Made by a program: the position numbers and the translations under genes. DNA of 64,000 bases, taken from the NCBI GenBank assembly GCA_013359225.1, contig JABWCG010000001.1, positions 206,362 to 270,361 of the forward strand. Reading direction: 5' to 3'. The notes beneath the pieces were generated by a model. That model saw nothing but the letters and a program-made list of their open reading frames with translations, was not told the origin of the DNA and made no database searches. Origin of the DNA: Candidatus Buchananbacteria bacterium (GTDB lineage Bacteria; Patescibacteriota; Patescibacteriia; Buchananbacterales; UBA6539). Shown here one piece after another: positions 47,032 to 56,491 of the stretch (its first letter is position 1; every line of letters starts with the position of its first letter).

Positions 47032-47035
47032 ATTT

Positions 47036-47671
47036 ATGAACGAAATTGAAAAATTAGCCAAAATTATTTGGGATTATCATCACCTGCACCAGCCGTTGGC
47101 AAAAGCCGACGCCATTTTGGCTTTGGGCAGCCATGACATCCGTGTTGCTGAATATGCGGCTGATTTATTTTTGAAAAATTATGCGCCAACTATGATTTTT
47201 AGCGGTGGGTTGGGAAAGTTGACAAAAGATTGGACCAAAACCGAAGCGGAAATTTTTTCTGACGTTGCCATTCAAAAAGGGGTACCAGCTAAAGAGGTGT
47301 TATTGGAAACAAAATCAAGCAACACCGGCGAAAATATTCTATTTACTAAACAGTTGTTGGAAAATAAAAATTTAAAATTTAAAAAAATCATTGTCGTTCA
47401 TAAACCGTATATGGAGCGCCGGACATATGCCACTTTCAAAAAGGTCTGGCCCGACCAAGAAATCATCGTGTCATCACCAGATATTAGCTTTGAAAACTAC
47501 TTAGATCACGCCCGAAGCCGGCAGGAAACTATCAGCGTAATGGTCCGTGATTTGGAAAAAATCAAAACCTATGCCGAACTTGGCTTTCAGATTGAACAAG
47601 AAATTCCCAAAGAGGTTTGGGCGGCGTATGTTGCCCTAGTCGAAAGCGGCTGGATCATCAATCTTGGCTAA
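47036..47671 (+). CDS. YdcF/DUF218 family protein
   Basis: FSGGLG, E.KSSNTGENI, HKPYMERR. Confidence 0.85.
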   Translation: MNEIEKLAKIIWDYHHLHQPLAKADAILALGSHDIRVAEYAADLFLKNYAPTMIFSGGLGKLTKDWTKTEAEIFSDVAIQKGVPAKEVLLETKSSNTGENILFTKQLLENKNLKFKKIIVVHKPYMERRTYATFKKVWPDQEIIVSSPDISFENYLDHARSRQETISVMVRDLEKIKTYAELGFQIEQEIPKEVWAAYVALVESGWIINLG

Positions 47672-47709
47672 AAATGTGCAAATACCTGGTTTTGTGGTAT
47701 AATCAAAAT

Positions 47710-47997
47710 ATGAAGCAGGGAGGTTTAAAACAAGATCAGGTTTTCACCAACACCATTGTTCTTGGCGTTGCTATTTTTTTCATGGTTGCCGGTTTTTTCA
47801 CCGCTGATTTCACCTCTGAAGCTTTTTATATTACTGCCATCCTTATTCTCTTTATTTTTTTCCTCAGTAAAGCCAAAACGGAGACTGTTTTAGACAAAAA
47901 AGGCGATATTCCGCTCAGGCTGATGAAGATAACGTTGCTGTTACTAGGCTTGGTTTTCATCGCCGCCGTCGTGTTTTTGGCAATTGTTATCAAATAA
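47710..47997 (+). CDS. Hypothetical small membrane protein (3 TM)
   Basis: Hydrophobic segments; TGGTATAAT just upstream of ATG 47710. Confidence 0.65.
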   Translation: MKQGGLKQDQVFTNTIVLGVAIFFMVAGFFTADFTSEAFYITAILILFIFFLSKAKTETVLDKKGDIPLRLMKITLLLLGLVFIAAVVFLAIVIK

Positions 47998-48074
47998 TAT
48001 CAATTGAATAAAAAACTCTTGAATTCATTAATGACCGCACCGATTGGTGTAGGTTTTTGCTTCTTTTATTTTTT

Positions 48075-49835
48075 ATGATTAAAACAAACACGAAAAAAAC
48101 TTTTAGATACTATTTTAAAGCCGCCCGAAACCATGTCGCGCTCGGGCTGGTTATGTTTGGTTCAATTATCGCTGCCCGGGTGATTGATCTGATTACGCCG
48201 CTTTATTTGCGGGACTTTTTTAACGTCTTGTCGGGCAGTAGTCCGACTGAGGCCGTGGTTAAAACTCTGATTGATATTTTGATTATTATTTCGGTTTTGA
48301 AGTTTGTGGAATGGCTGATTTGGCGTGTTGCCAATCATGCCGACAGTACCTTTACTTCACGGGTAGCGTTTGATTTAGGTAACATGTGTTTTGCCTATTT
48401 GCATAAGCACTCTTTTGCGTATTTCAATAATAATTTTGTCGGCTCAATGGTGAAGCGCGTCAAGTGGTTTGTCAAAGCTTTTGAAACAATTACCGACCGG
48501 TTCGCCTGGAGCCTATTCCCGCTGTTTGTTGATATTGCAGTGATTTCCGGCGTGTTGTTTTATACCAATTTTTGGCTTGGTTTCGGGGTTTTTGCCTGGA
48601 CGGTGCTTTTTTTGGCCATCAACTGGGCGTTTACTAAATATAAATTGAAATACGACATTGCCCGAAGCGAGGCGGAAACAGTAACAACCAGGGTGTTAGC
48701 CGATACGATTACTAATAGCGCCAACGTGAAACTGTTTAATGGTTACCAGCGCGAGGTCAAGCTTTTCTCGCAGGTGCTTAAGGATTTCACCGATAAACGC
48801 CTCTGGGCGTGGACGCTGGGTAATATTATTGAGGCGGTGCAGGGCTTTTTGATGACCATATTGGAAGTTGGCATTATGTTTTTGGCGGTGTGGTTGTGGC
48901 AGCAGGGCAAGATTACGATTGGCGACTTTATCTTAATCCAGACCTATTTGATTTCAATTTTCATGCGAACCTGGGAGTTTGGCCGGGTAGTGCGAACGAT
49001 CTATGAAAACTTGGCAGACGCCGAAGAAATGACGGTGGTGCTAGAAACGCCGCACGAAATTATAGACGTGCCCGGCGCTAAAAAAATCAAGATTAATCGC
49101 GGTGAAATTAAGTTTCAGAATGTCAGTTTCAATTACCACGAAACCCGAAAATTGCTGGTGAAATTAAACCTTACTGTTGCACCCGGCGAGCGTCTGGCGT
49201 TAGTTGGGCCGTCTGGTGCGGGCAAAACAACTATCACCAAATTATTGTTGCGGATGCATGACTTAACCGGCGGTGTTATCACGATTGATGGCCAGGACAT
49301 TTCCAAGGTTACCCAGGAAAGTTTATGGGCAAATGTTAGTTTGGTGCCGCAAGAACCCGTGTTATTTCATCGGACGTTAATGGAAAATATCCGATATGGC
49401 AAACCAAACGCCACGGATAAAGAAGTTATGGCTTCAGCCAAAGCGGCCAACTGTCATGATTTTATCACCCGGTTTCCGGATGGTTACAATACGTATGTTG
49501 GCGAGCGGGGAGTAAAGCTTTCCGGCGGCGAACGCCAGCGCGTAGCAATCGCCCGGGCGATTTTGCGTAATGCGCCAATTTTAGTCTTAGATGAGGCAAC
49601 TTCAAGTCTGGATTCAGCATCAGAACGCTTGATTCAAGAAGCACTTGATAAGCTGATGAAAGACAAGACGGTCATTGTAATTGCACACCGGCTTTCAACG
49701 ATTCGCAAAATGGATCGCGTGATTGTTATGGACCGTAAAGGTATTGTGGAAGAGGGAACTCACGATGAATTAACCGCCAAAAAAGACGGGCTTTATCAAA
49801 AATTGTGGCAACTTCAGGCCGGGGGGTTTATCTAA
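48075..49835 (+). CDS. ABC exporter, fused permease/ATPase (MsbA-like)
   Basis: Six-TM N-terminus; GPSGAGKT, LSGGERQR, LDEATSSLD, IAHRLST. Confidence 0.93.
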   Translation: MIKTNTKKTFRYYFKAARNHVALGLVMFGSIIAARVIDLITPLYLRDFFNVLSGSSPTEAVVKTLIDILIIISVLKFVEWLIWRVANHADSTFTSRVAFDLGNMCFAYLHKHSFAYFNNNFVGSMVKRVKWFVKAFETITDRFAWSLFPLFVDIAVISGVLFYTNFWLGFGVFAWTVLFLAINWAFTKYKLKYDIARSEAETVTTRVLADTITNSANVKLFNGYQREVKLFSQVLKDFTDKRLWAWTLGNIIEAVQGFLMTILEVGIMFLAVWLWQQGKITIGDFILIQTYLISIFMRTWEFGRVVRTIYENLADAEEMTVVLETPHEIIDVPGAKKIKINRGEIKFQNVSFNYHETRKLLVKLNLTVAPGERLALVGPSGAGKTTITKLLLRMHDLTGGVITIDGQDISKVTQESLWANVSLVPQEPVLFHRTLMENIRYGKPNATDKEVMASAKAANCHDFITRFPDGYNTYVGERGVKLSGGERQRVAIARAILRNAPILVLDEATSSLDSASERLIQEALDKLMKDKTVIVIAHRLSTIRKMDRVIVMDRKGIVEEGTHDELTAKKDGLYQKLWQLQAGGFI

Positions 49836-49926
49836 CTTAAAAATTTTGTTATAATTTAGTTAATGAGAAAACGCCTTCTCAATTGTTTGCGTTTTCTTTT
49901 TATTTTATCTAATTTGAGCCAAATTT

Positions 49927-49942
49927 TGCTTCACGTGAAACA
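49927..49942. promoter_or_regulatory. parS-like site
   Basis: TGCTTCACGTGAAACA, one mismatch to TGTTTCACGTGAAACA; intergenic. Confidence 0.6.
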
Positions 49943-50080
49943 AAAGATTTTGTGTGATATTTTTAATTAACTATTTTTCTCATAAATCTAGTCTTGAATA
50001 AATTTCTGCCAGTAACTTTTGGTGAAATCTCAAAAAACATCATTTTTTATCTAAATTAAGCTAAAATATAGTCATTAAAA

Positions 50081-50109
50081 TTGACTATATTTTATTTTTA
50101 TGGTATAAT
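50081..50109 (+). promoter_or_regulatory. sigma70 promoter with extended -10
   Basis: TTGACT-17-TATAAT with TGn. Confidence 0.78.
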
Positions 50110-50212
50110 AATAGTTATGAAGTCTGCAGAAGGGAAAAATCCCTTTTGGCCCTGATATTTCGGGGTAATTTCACAGACTTTACGCTCGTGTTCCAACTTA
50201 TGGAGGCAGGAC

Positions 50213-50683
50213 ATGTTTTTCAGGGTCAATCTGGCAACGTTGGAGGTGGAACGGTTGAATGTTCGTAACCTCTCGGAAGTTCCGGGGGTTAAGAGCAACG
50301 GCCAGCACTACCAGCTCGAAGGTTTCGCCCTCGTTGAGGTGCGAACCCCAAGCTGCGAGATGCTGCTGTTTCATCCGGAAACCCAGTCCAGCAGCGGTCA
50401 CATCGACGTGACCTATCGGCCGCAGCGGCACGACGGTGCCTACGGGGTGGACATGCAGATGTACACTCATGGCTGCGAATTGGACTTCGCCAACGACCAC
50501 TCCTTCCAGTATCACTGGCCGTCGGGTCAGTGGCATCTCTTGATGGCGATCGACGCCATCGAGCAGTTCCTGAAGCAGGAAATCGGCTACACGCCGCACC
50601 TGCGCGAGTACATCGGCCACACCTTCCGGCCCACCCCGCCCAAGCTCGCGAACCTTGAGCCTGGTGAATCGGCCGCCGCCTAA
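50213..50683 (+). CDS. GC-rich orphan protein, function unknown
   Basis: SD GGAGG, own promoter and terminator on the plus strand; C/G-ending codons. Confidence 0.72.
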   Translation: MFFRVNLATLEVERLNVRNLSEVPGVKSNGQHYQLEGFALVEVRTPSCEMLLFHPETQSSSGHIDVTYRPQRHDGAYGVDMQMYTHGCELDFANDHSFQYHWPSGQWHLLMAIDAIEQFLKQEIGYTPHLREYIGHTFRPTPPKLANLEPGESAAA

Positions 50684-50707
50684 TCTAGGCACGGCGGCAA
50701 GCCCCAC

Positions 50708-50751
50708 GAAGCGCTCGTCTCACTCCCAGAGATCGAGCGCTTCTTTCTTTT
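50708..50751 (+). terminator. Intrinsic terminator with inner helix
   Basis: GAAGCGCTCG/CGAGCGCTTC stem followed by TTTCTTTT. Confidence 0.8.
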
Positions 50752-50816
50752 GGTTTTATTTACAAATTAGAAAAAAAGTGCCATACTTAAACTAGAAAAA
50801 TTAACCTAATTATCAG

Positions 50817-52505
50817 ATGAAAATACTCAAATCAAAGCTATTTTGGTTAGCTCTTGTTGTCGTTATCGCCGTCGGCGGTTTTGTTTTTGTAAAACTTGGC
50901 AGTCAAAAGCCAACTGTGGAATACCAGACTGAAGAAGTTAAACAGGGTCTTTTGGTACAGACCGTTTCTGCGACCGGACAGGTTAAGTCGGCACAAGATA
51001 TTGAACTTAACTTTAAAAATACCGGCCGGCTGAGTGTTTTAAATGTTAAAACCGGAGATAAAGTCACCAAAGATCAGGTCTTGGCTCAGCTGCGTTCAAC
51101 GGATTTGGCGATTAATGTCAGCAAGGCGCGTGCCAGTCTTGACGAGGCGGTCGCAAACTTAAATCGCGTTAAAGCCGGCGCTACTACTGAAGACATTGCC
51201 GTTTATGAAGCGGCGGTAAAAAAAGCGGAAACTGATTATTATAATGCCCAGACTGAGCTTGAGAGTACTAAGGAAACCTATAGTCAGGCTTCAGAAAATG
51301 AACGTCAGAGCGCTTTAGTGGATATTAGTGGTGCGCTGACCAAGGCTAATATTTCGCTGCAAAAGGTTTATGACACCTTGAACTACAAAGGTAACGCGAA
51401 CAATTTTAACACTTCAAATTTCACGTTCCATCAGCAGGTCCAAAACGAATACACCAATTCAGTTTCGGCGGTTGATGAGGCGGAACTAGCATATGGAACC
51501 GCAAAACTTGATGCTACACCCGAAAAAGTGAACGAAGCTGTTCAGAAAGTATTGGCGGCGCTAACCGACACATTGGCCACTGTTAGCGATTTATCAAGTT
51601 TGCTTGATGATGTAATTACCAACAGTAATTTGACTCAAACAGAACTTGATGCCTTAAAAACAACCATTAATACCGAGCGGACAACTACCAACGCCAGCCT
51701 GAGCACTATTCAAAGCGCCAATCAGGATTTGATTGATGCCAGCCTTAATTACCAGACTAAGGTTCAGACGGCGGAAAATAACGTCAGCACCACTCAAAAA
51801 ACATTAGCGAAGGCTGAGGCTGACTTAGCTTTGCGCAAAGCGCCGGCCCGTCCGGAAGACGTGGCGCTGTATCAGGCACAGGTTAACCGCGCCCGAGCCG
51901 ATCTCCAATTGGCTCAGGAGCGATATGATGAAACAATTATCAAGGCTCCGATTGACGGCGTAGTTACCGATGTGAACTATAGTATCGGTGAGCAGACCAG
52001 CCTGAGTGAACCGGTGATCATGATGTTAGCGGCGGAGAATTATCAGATTGAAGTTGATATTCCTGAATCAGATATCGTGAAGATTAATGTCGGCGACGAT
52101 GCTAATATTACGTTAGATGCTTTTAGTTTTGAAGAAATTTTTAACGGCACGGTCACTACAATCAACCCAGCCCAAACAGAAATCCAGGATGTAATTTATT
52201 ACCGGGTAACTGTAACATTTACCGATAGCCAGCCAGAAAACGTTGCTGCTTTAATGGAAAAGATTAAGCCTGGTATGACCGCTAACATTGATATTAACAC
52301 CGACCGACGACAAGATGTTGTTATTGCACCGCAGCGTGCTATTAAGGATGACGCCGGCGTTAAATATGCTGAAATTTTAGAGGCCGGCGTGCCAAAGCGT
52401 GTTGAGGTAACACTCGGCGTTCGCGGCGATGACGGCCTGATCGAAGTTATTAGCGGGTTGATGCCTGGTCAACAGGTTATCACGTTTGTTCGCAACGGCA
52501 AGTAA
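50817..52505 (+). CDS. Efflux RND/HlyD-type membrane fusion (adaptor) protein with long coiled coil
   Basis: N-terminal TM, V.TGDKV.K.Q.L, IKAPIDGVV, IKPGMTA. Confidence 0.9.
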   Translation: MKILKSKLFWLALVVVIAVGGFVFVKLGSQKPTVEYQTEEVKQGLLVQTVSATGQVKSAQDIELNFKNTGRLSVLNVKTGDKVTKDQVLAQLRSTDLAINVSKARASLDEAVANLNRVKAGATTEDIAVYEAAVKKAETDYYNAQTELESTKETYSQASENERQSALVDISGALTKANISLQKVYDTLNYKGNANNFNTSNFTFHQQVQNEYTNSVSAVDEAELAYGTAKLDATPEKVNEAVQKVLAALTDTLATVSDLSSLLDDVITNSNLTQTELDALKTTINTERTTTNASLSTIQSANQDLIDASLNYQTKVQTAENNVSTTQKTLAKAEADLALRKAPARPEDVALYQAQVNRARADLQLAQERYDETIIKAPIDGVVTDVNYSIGEQTSLSEPVIMMLAAENYQIEVDIPESDIVKINVGDDANITLDAFSFEEIFNGTVTTINPAQTEIQDVIYYRVTVTFTDSQPENVAALMEKIKPGMTANIDINTDRRQDVVIAPQRAIKDDAGVKYAEILEAGVPKRVEVTLGVRGDDGLIEVISGLMPGQQVITFVRNGK

Positions 52506-52518
52506 CAAATAAGCCGGT

Positions 52519-53628
52519 ATGGTCTTAAAAAGATTCTCAGGAATTTTAAAGAATTTCGATTGGGTATTGTTTGGTGCTTGCGTGTTGCTGATTTGTTTCG
52601 GCTTGGCGGCTATTTACAGTATCGCGATCAGTTCGGACGAACCAAACTGGGTTAATTTTCAAAAACAAATTGTGTTCGCTGTTATTGGCATTTCACTGAT
52701 TTTTGTAATCAGTTTTTTTGATTATCGTCTTTGGCGCGATTTTAGTTATTTTTTATACGCTGGCGTGATTATTCTGTTGCTGCTGGTGTTATTTTTTGGT
52801 GTCACGGTCAGCGGTACCACGGGGTGGTTTTCGGTGCTGGGTGTTAATTTCCAGCCGGTTGAGTTGGCTAAAGTCGTATTAATCATTTTTTTGGCCTGGT
52901 TTTTTTCCACGCGCGGTTCGGATGTCCGGCAGTTTAAAAATTTTTTGATCAGCGCCGGAGCGACTGGATTATTTTTTATGCTGGTGATGTTGCAGCCGGA
53001 TTTTGGATCTGGAATAATTTTGATTTTTATCTGGATGTTTATGCTGTTTTTTTCAAAAGTGAATAAAAAGCATCTGATTACAACCGGAGTATTATTTGGC
53101 GTGATGGCAGTGGTCGCTTGGTTTTTTGTTTTCCAGCCTTATCAGAAAGATCGTATTCTTTCGTTTTTTGATCCTCAGGCTGATCCATATGGCCGAGGGT
53201 ACCACGTGCGCCAGGCCGTCACCGCCGTTGGCGCCGGGCAGTTTTTTGGCCGGGGTTTGGGGTTTGGTTCACAAAGCCAGTTAAAGTTTATTCCGGCCAG
53301 CGAAACAGACTTTATTTTTGCGGTGATCGCCGAAGAGCTTGGATTTTTAGGAGTGGGGTTAATTTTATTTTTTTGGTCAATTATTTTTTATCGGTTGATT
53401 CGGGCTGCGAAATTAATTTCCGCTAAAGATGACTTTGGTGCCTTTTTTATTCTGGGGGTTTCCGCGCTATTTTTTGTCCAAATCATGATTAACATCGGCA
53501 TGAATATCGGTCTGGTTCCGGTAACTGGTATTTCGCTGCCGTTTTTAAGCTACGGCGGCAGTTTTCTAGTTATCAGTCTAGTGTTGATTGGCATGGTTGA
53601 AAGTATGATTGTTAGAAACGAAATCTAA
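52519..53628 (+). CDS. rodA: SEDS protein RodA/FtsW
   Basis: FQPVELAK, QPDFG, DPYGRGY, ETDFIF...EELG, GISLPFLSYGGS. Confidence 0.88.
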   Translation: MVLKRFSGILKNFDWVLFGACVLLICFGLAAIYSIAISSDEPNWVNFQKQIVFAVIGISLIFVISFFDYRLWRDFSYFLYAGVIILLLLVLFFGVTVSGTTGWFSVLGVNFQPVELAKVVLIIFLAWFFSTRGSDVRQFKNFLISAGATGLFFMLVMLQPDFGSGIILIFIWMFMLFFSKVNKKHLITTGVLFGVMAVVAWFFVFQPYQKDRILSFFDPQADPYGRGYHVRQAVTAVGAGQFFGRGLGFGSQSQLKFIPASETDFIFAVIAEELGFLGVGLILFFWSIIFYRLIRAAKLISAKDDFGAFFILGVSALFFVQIMINIGMNIGLVPVTGISLPFLSYGGSFLVISLVLIGMVESMIVRNEI

Positions 53629-54134
53629 TGAAGCTATTGGCAACATTAAATCTTGACCAGGTTTCGGAAAAAGTTTTTGCTAATTACCAAACGCGCCGAG
53701 CTGTCCGCGCCATCGTTTTTGACGAGCAGGGAAATTTAGCATTATTAGACGTAACGAAACTGCACTATCACAAACTGCCTGGCGGTGGCGTTGAAAAAGA
53801 TGAAACTGATCTGGAGGCTTTGGCCCGAGAATGCCGGGAAGAAATTGGCTGTGATATTAAGGTGATTTCGGACGTCGGCCGCATTGTTGAAATCCGTAAA
53901 AAGTTTAAATTAAAGCAGGAATCAATCTGCTATTTGGCTAAGGTGGATGGACCAAAGCGCCAGCCCGCATTTACCGCTAAGGAACGCCGTGACGGTTTTG
54001 CCGTTTTGTGGTGCAGTCCGACCTCGGCGTTAAGCATATTGGCGGCCGACCGAATAATGGATTACCACGGACAAAACGTTAATAAGCGGGATTCACTGTT
54101 TCTTAAAACGGCATTAGACTTGACTAAACCATAA
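53628..54134 (+). CDS. NUDIX hydrolase
   Basis: Nudix box PGGGVEKDET..EALARECREEIG. Confidence 0.92.
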   Translation: MKLLATLNLDQVSEKVFANYQTRRAVRAIVFDEQGNLALLDVTKLHYHKLPGGGVEKDETDLEALARECREEIGCDIKVISDVGRIVEIRKKFKLKQESICYLAKVDGPKRQPAFTAKERRDGFAVLWCSPTSALSILAADRIMDYHGQNVNKRDSLFLKTALDLTKP

Positions 54135-54140
54135 TTTTAG
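54117..54140 (+). repeat. 24-bp direct repeat, copy 1 (promoter -35 region)
   Basis: GACTTGACTAAACCATAATTTTAG, identical to 55412-55435. Confidence 0.9.
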
Positions 54141-54170
54141 ATTATTATAGAACAGCGCTACAGTAAGAGT

Positions 54171-54310
54171 ATGCAGATAATAAATAAAGTTTTATTTAAC
54201 CACGCAATCATCTTAGAACTAACTGGCTTGTCCGAGCCAGGATTCTTAGTTTAGTAGTTAAATCGTTTTAAACAAGAACTGGCTCGCTGATAAAGCGGCC
54301 AGTTTTAATT
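54171..54310 (+). promoter_or_regulatory. Putative leader-peptide attenuator upstream of rnk
   Basis: 27-codon uORF 54171-54254; alternative 1:2, 2:3 and 3:4 pairings; 3:4 followed by TTTTAATTT. Confidence 0.65.
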
Positions 54311-54329
54311 TATATTAATTTATAATTAT

Positions 54330-54713
54330 ATGAATCGAAAAATTTATATCACCCGCCAAGATTACGAAAAATTAAATAAAATGCTTGACGAAAAGCTTAA
54401 GCTTGGTAATGAAAAATATATTTCAGCCTTAGCGGCTGAGTTAGCCAAGTGTGAAATAGTAGAACCGTCAGATATCTCTAGGGATGTGGTAATAATGAAT
54501 TCCCGGGTTTCTTTTAGAATATTGGATGATAATTCGGAGATGACTTATTCGTTGGTGTTTCCTGACGAGGCCGATATCAACAGCGGAAAAATATCAATCC
54601 TTTCGCCGATTGGTACTGCTTTAATTGGGTATGGCGTGGGGGATATTGTTGAATGGGAAGTGCCCTCAGGTATCGCGCGGATAAAAATTGAAGCAGTGGA
54701 ACATCAAAACTGA
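54330..54713 (+). CDS. rnk: Regulator of nucleoside diphosphate kinase (Rnk, Gre-like)
   Basis: IYITRQDYEKL, DVVIMNSRV, LVFPDEAD, ISILSPIGTALIG; lacks the long acidic coiled coil. Confidence 0.85.
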   Translation: MNRKIYITRQDYEKLNKMLDEKLKLGNEKYISALAAELAKCEIVEPSDISRDVVIMNSRVSFRILDDNSEMTYSLVFPDEADINSGKISILSPIGTALIGYGVGDIVEWEVPSGIARIKIEAVEHQN

Positions 54714-54739
54714 TATTTTAGAGAAATAATTAATCGTAT

Positions 54740-55390
54740 ATGTTCGACAAAAAAACAGTTGGTAAGATTATTCGTACTTTGATTATCTCCGATTTCTTTT
54801 TATTTTTTGCAGTTGGTTTATTGGCTCCCATATTCGCGGTGTATATTCTTGAGAATATTGAAAACAGATTAGAAGTTATCGGGTACGCCGTATCATGCTA
54901 CTGGATTACCAGGGTAATCATGGTGATTCCGTTAAGTCGGGTGATGGACAACATTAAGGGAGAATTTGATGAATATTTTTTTATGATTATCGGTACGTTT
55001 TTGATTTCAGCAATTCCGCTGTTTTATATTATTGCTTCCGCGCCCTGGCATATTTATGTGTTGCAAATTATAAATGGGTTTGCCCATTCAATGGCAGTAC
55101 CGGCTTGGCGCATAGTTTTTACCAATAATGTTGATAAAAGCATTGTTGGTTTTGAGTGGTCATTAGAGGATGTCGGGGTTGGGATTGCCACGGCATCAAG
55201 CGCCGCCATTGGCGCTATTGTGGCTGATCGTTTTGGTTTTAACGTGTTGTTTGGCTTAATATTTTTATTTGGAACGATTAGCTCTTTAATTCTTCTAACT
55301 CTTAATAAAAGCAAGCAATCAATTTTGCGAAGTTTCCTTGGCGGCCAGACTCATGATAAAGGACCTTTGAAAATTGACACTTTTAAATAA
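54740..55390 (+). CDS. Half-size MFS-like membrane protein (6 TM)
   Basis: GLLAPIFAVY, six hydrophobic segments, ADRFGF. Confidence 0.75.
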   Translation: MFDKKTVGKIIRTLIISDFFLFFAVGLLAPIFAVYILENIENRLEVIGYAVSCYWITRVIMVIPLSRVMDNIKGEFDEYFFMIIGTFLISAIPLFYIIASAPWHIYVLQIINGFAHSMAVPAWRIVFTNNVDKSIVGFEWSLEDVGVGIATASSAAIGAIVADRFGFNVLFGLIFLFGTISSLILLTLNKSKQSILRSFLGGQTHDKGPLKIDTFK

Positions 55391-55411
55391 TAGTAAAGAT
55401 ATTTTTAGTTG

Positions 55412-55435
55412 GACTTGACTAAACCATAATTTTAG
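55412..55435 (+). repeat. 24-bp direct repeat, copy 2
   Basis: Identical to 54117-54140. Confidence 0.9.
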
Positions 55436-55454
55436 GTTATTTTATAGAGACCTT

Positions 55455-55787
55455 ATGGAGGATAAATATTTCAATTTATTCAACGACAATAACACGCCGA
55501 TAACGCATTGCCCGGTTTGTCAGATGCGCTATGATCCGCTTGAGGCGCGGATTTTGGATGAAGCTGAAAACAGCCATTTGGTCCATGTTAAATGCCACCA
55601 CTGTCAGTCGGCAGTATTGGCGGTATTATTGACCAATCAGCTGGGAATCAGTTCAATCGGTTTGGTGACTGATTTAAGCAGTGACGATGTCATGAAGTTT
55701 AAATCGGTGCTACCGGTAAGTGTTGATGATGTGATTGAAGCCCATGAGTTTTTACACAGTCAAAAAGTTTTGATTGATAAAATTTAA
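55455..55787 (+). CDS. Hypothetical Zn-finger-like protein
   Basis: CPVC and CHHC; TDL...D....VSVDDVIEAH. Confidence 0.75.
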   Translation: MEDKYFNLFNDNNTPITHCPVCQMRYDPLEARILDEAENSHLVHVKCHHCQSAVLAVLLTNQLGISSIGLVTDLSSDDVMKFKSVLPVSVDDVIEAHEFLHSQKVLIDKI

Positions 55788-55814
55788 TTATTAATAAGAA
55801 AGCGCGAGGAAGTA

Positions 55815-56453
55815 ATGACTAATGCTAATTTAAACCTCAAGACTAAAACTCGTACCGCCGTCGGCAAAGCCGTCGCCGCGTTGAGAAAGTCGGGTAAAAT
55901 TCCAGCAGTGTTATATGGCCACGGCGTTGATCCAGTTAACTTGGAAGTAGACTATAGTCAATTTGAAAAAGTCTACCGCCAAGCCGGCGATAGTACCTTG
56001 GTTGATTTGGCGGTTGACGAAAAGTCACCAGTCAAAGTTCTAGTCCAAGACTATCAGCTTGATCCGACGACTAGCCGGTATACCCACGTTGATTTTTACC
56101 AAGTTCGAATGGATGAAAAACTCCATACCGATATCGTGTTGAAGTTTGTCGGTGAAGCACCGGCCATTAAAGAACATTCCGGCATTTTGGTAACTGCTTT
56201 GTCGGAAGTGGAAGTTGAATGTTTGCCTGCTGACCTGGTCCACGAAATTGAAGTTGATCTGTCAGTGCTTAAAGAGATTGACGTTCCAATCCATATTTCT
56301 GACATCAAGGCTCCGGCTGGCATCAAAATTCTCAATCATCCAACAGACGTGGTGGCGCTAGTTCAGCCACAACGAGTGGAAGAAGAGAAGCCGGCGGTTG
56401 TTGAAGAAACAGCTGCACCAGCTCAGACCACTGAACCTGCTGAGGAAAAATAA
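55815..56453 (+). CDS. rplY: 50S ribosomal protein L25/Ctc
   Basis: LRKSGKIPAVLYG, HVDFY, VECLP. Confidence 0.95.
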   Translation: MTNANLNLKTKTRTAVGKAVAALRKSGKIPAVLYGHGVDPVNLEVDYSQFEKVYRQAGDSTLVDLAVDEKSPVKVLVQDYQLDPTTSRYTHVDFYQVRMDEKLHTDIVLKFVGEAPAIKEHSGILVTALSEVEVECLPADLVHEIEVDLSVLKEIDVPIHISDIKAPAGIKILNHPTDVVALVQPQRVEEEKPAVVEETAAPAQTTEPAEEK

Positions 56454-56491
56454 TTTTTAAGGTCCCCCCGATAAATCTTCGGGGGGATTTT

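Noticed and set aside
2344-48075. Extended N-termini in the ORF track (prmC, rpmE, the cysC fusion, ABC-F, several membrane genes)
   Set aside because: They overlap neighbouring genes or promoters; downstream ATGs fit family N-termini better.
50198-50707. 169-aa minus-strand ORF
   Set aside because: Shadow of 50213-50683; expression signals are on the plus strand.
11089-50751. GC-rich cassettes as integron cassettes or IS cargo
   Set aside because: No integrase or transposase in the window, no convincing attC core/inverse-core pairs, the units are dispersed, and each has its own promoter. An IntegronFinder run would settle this.
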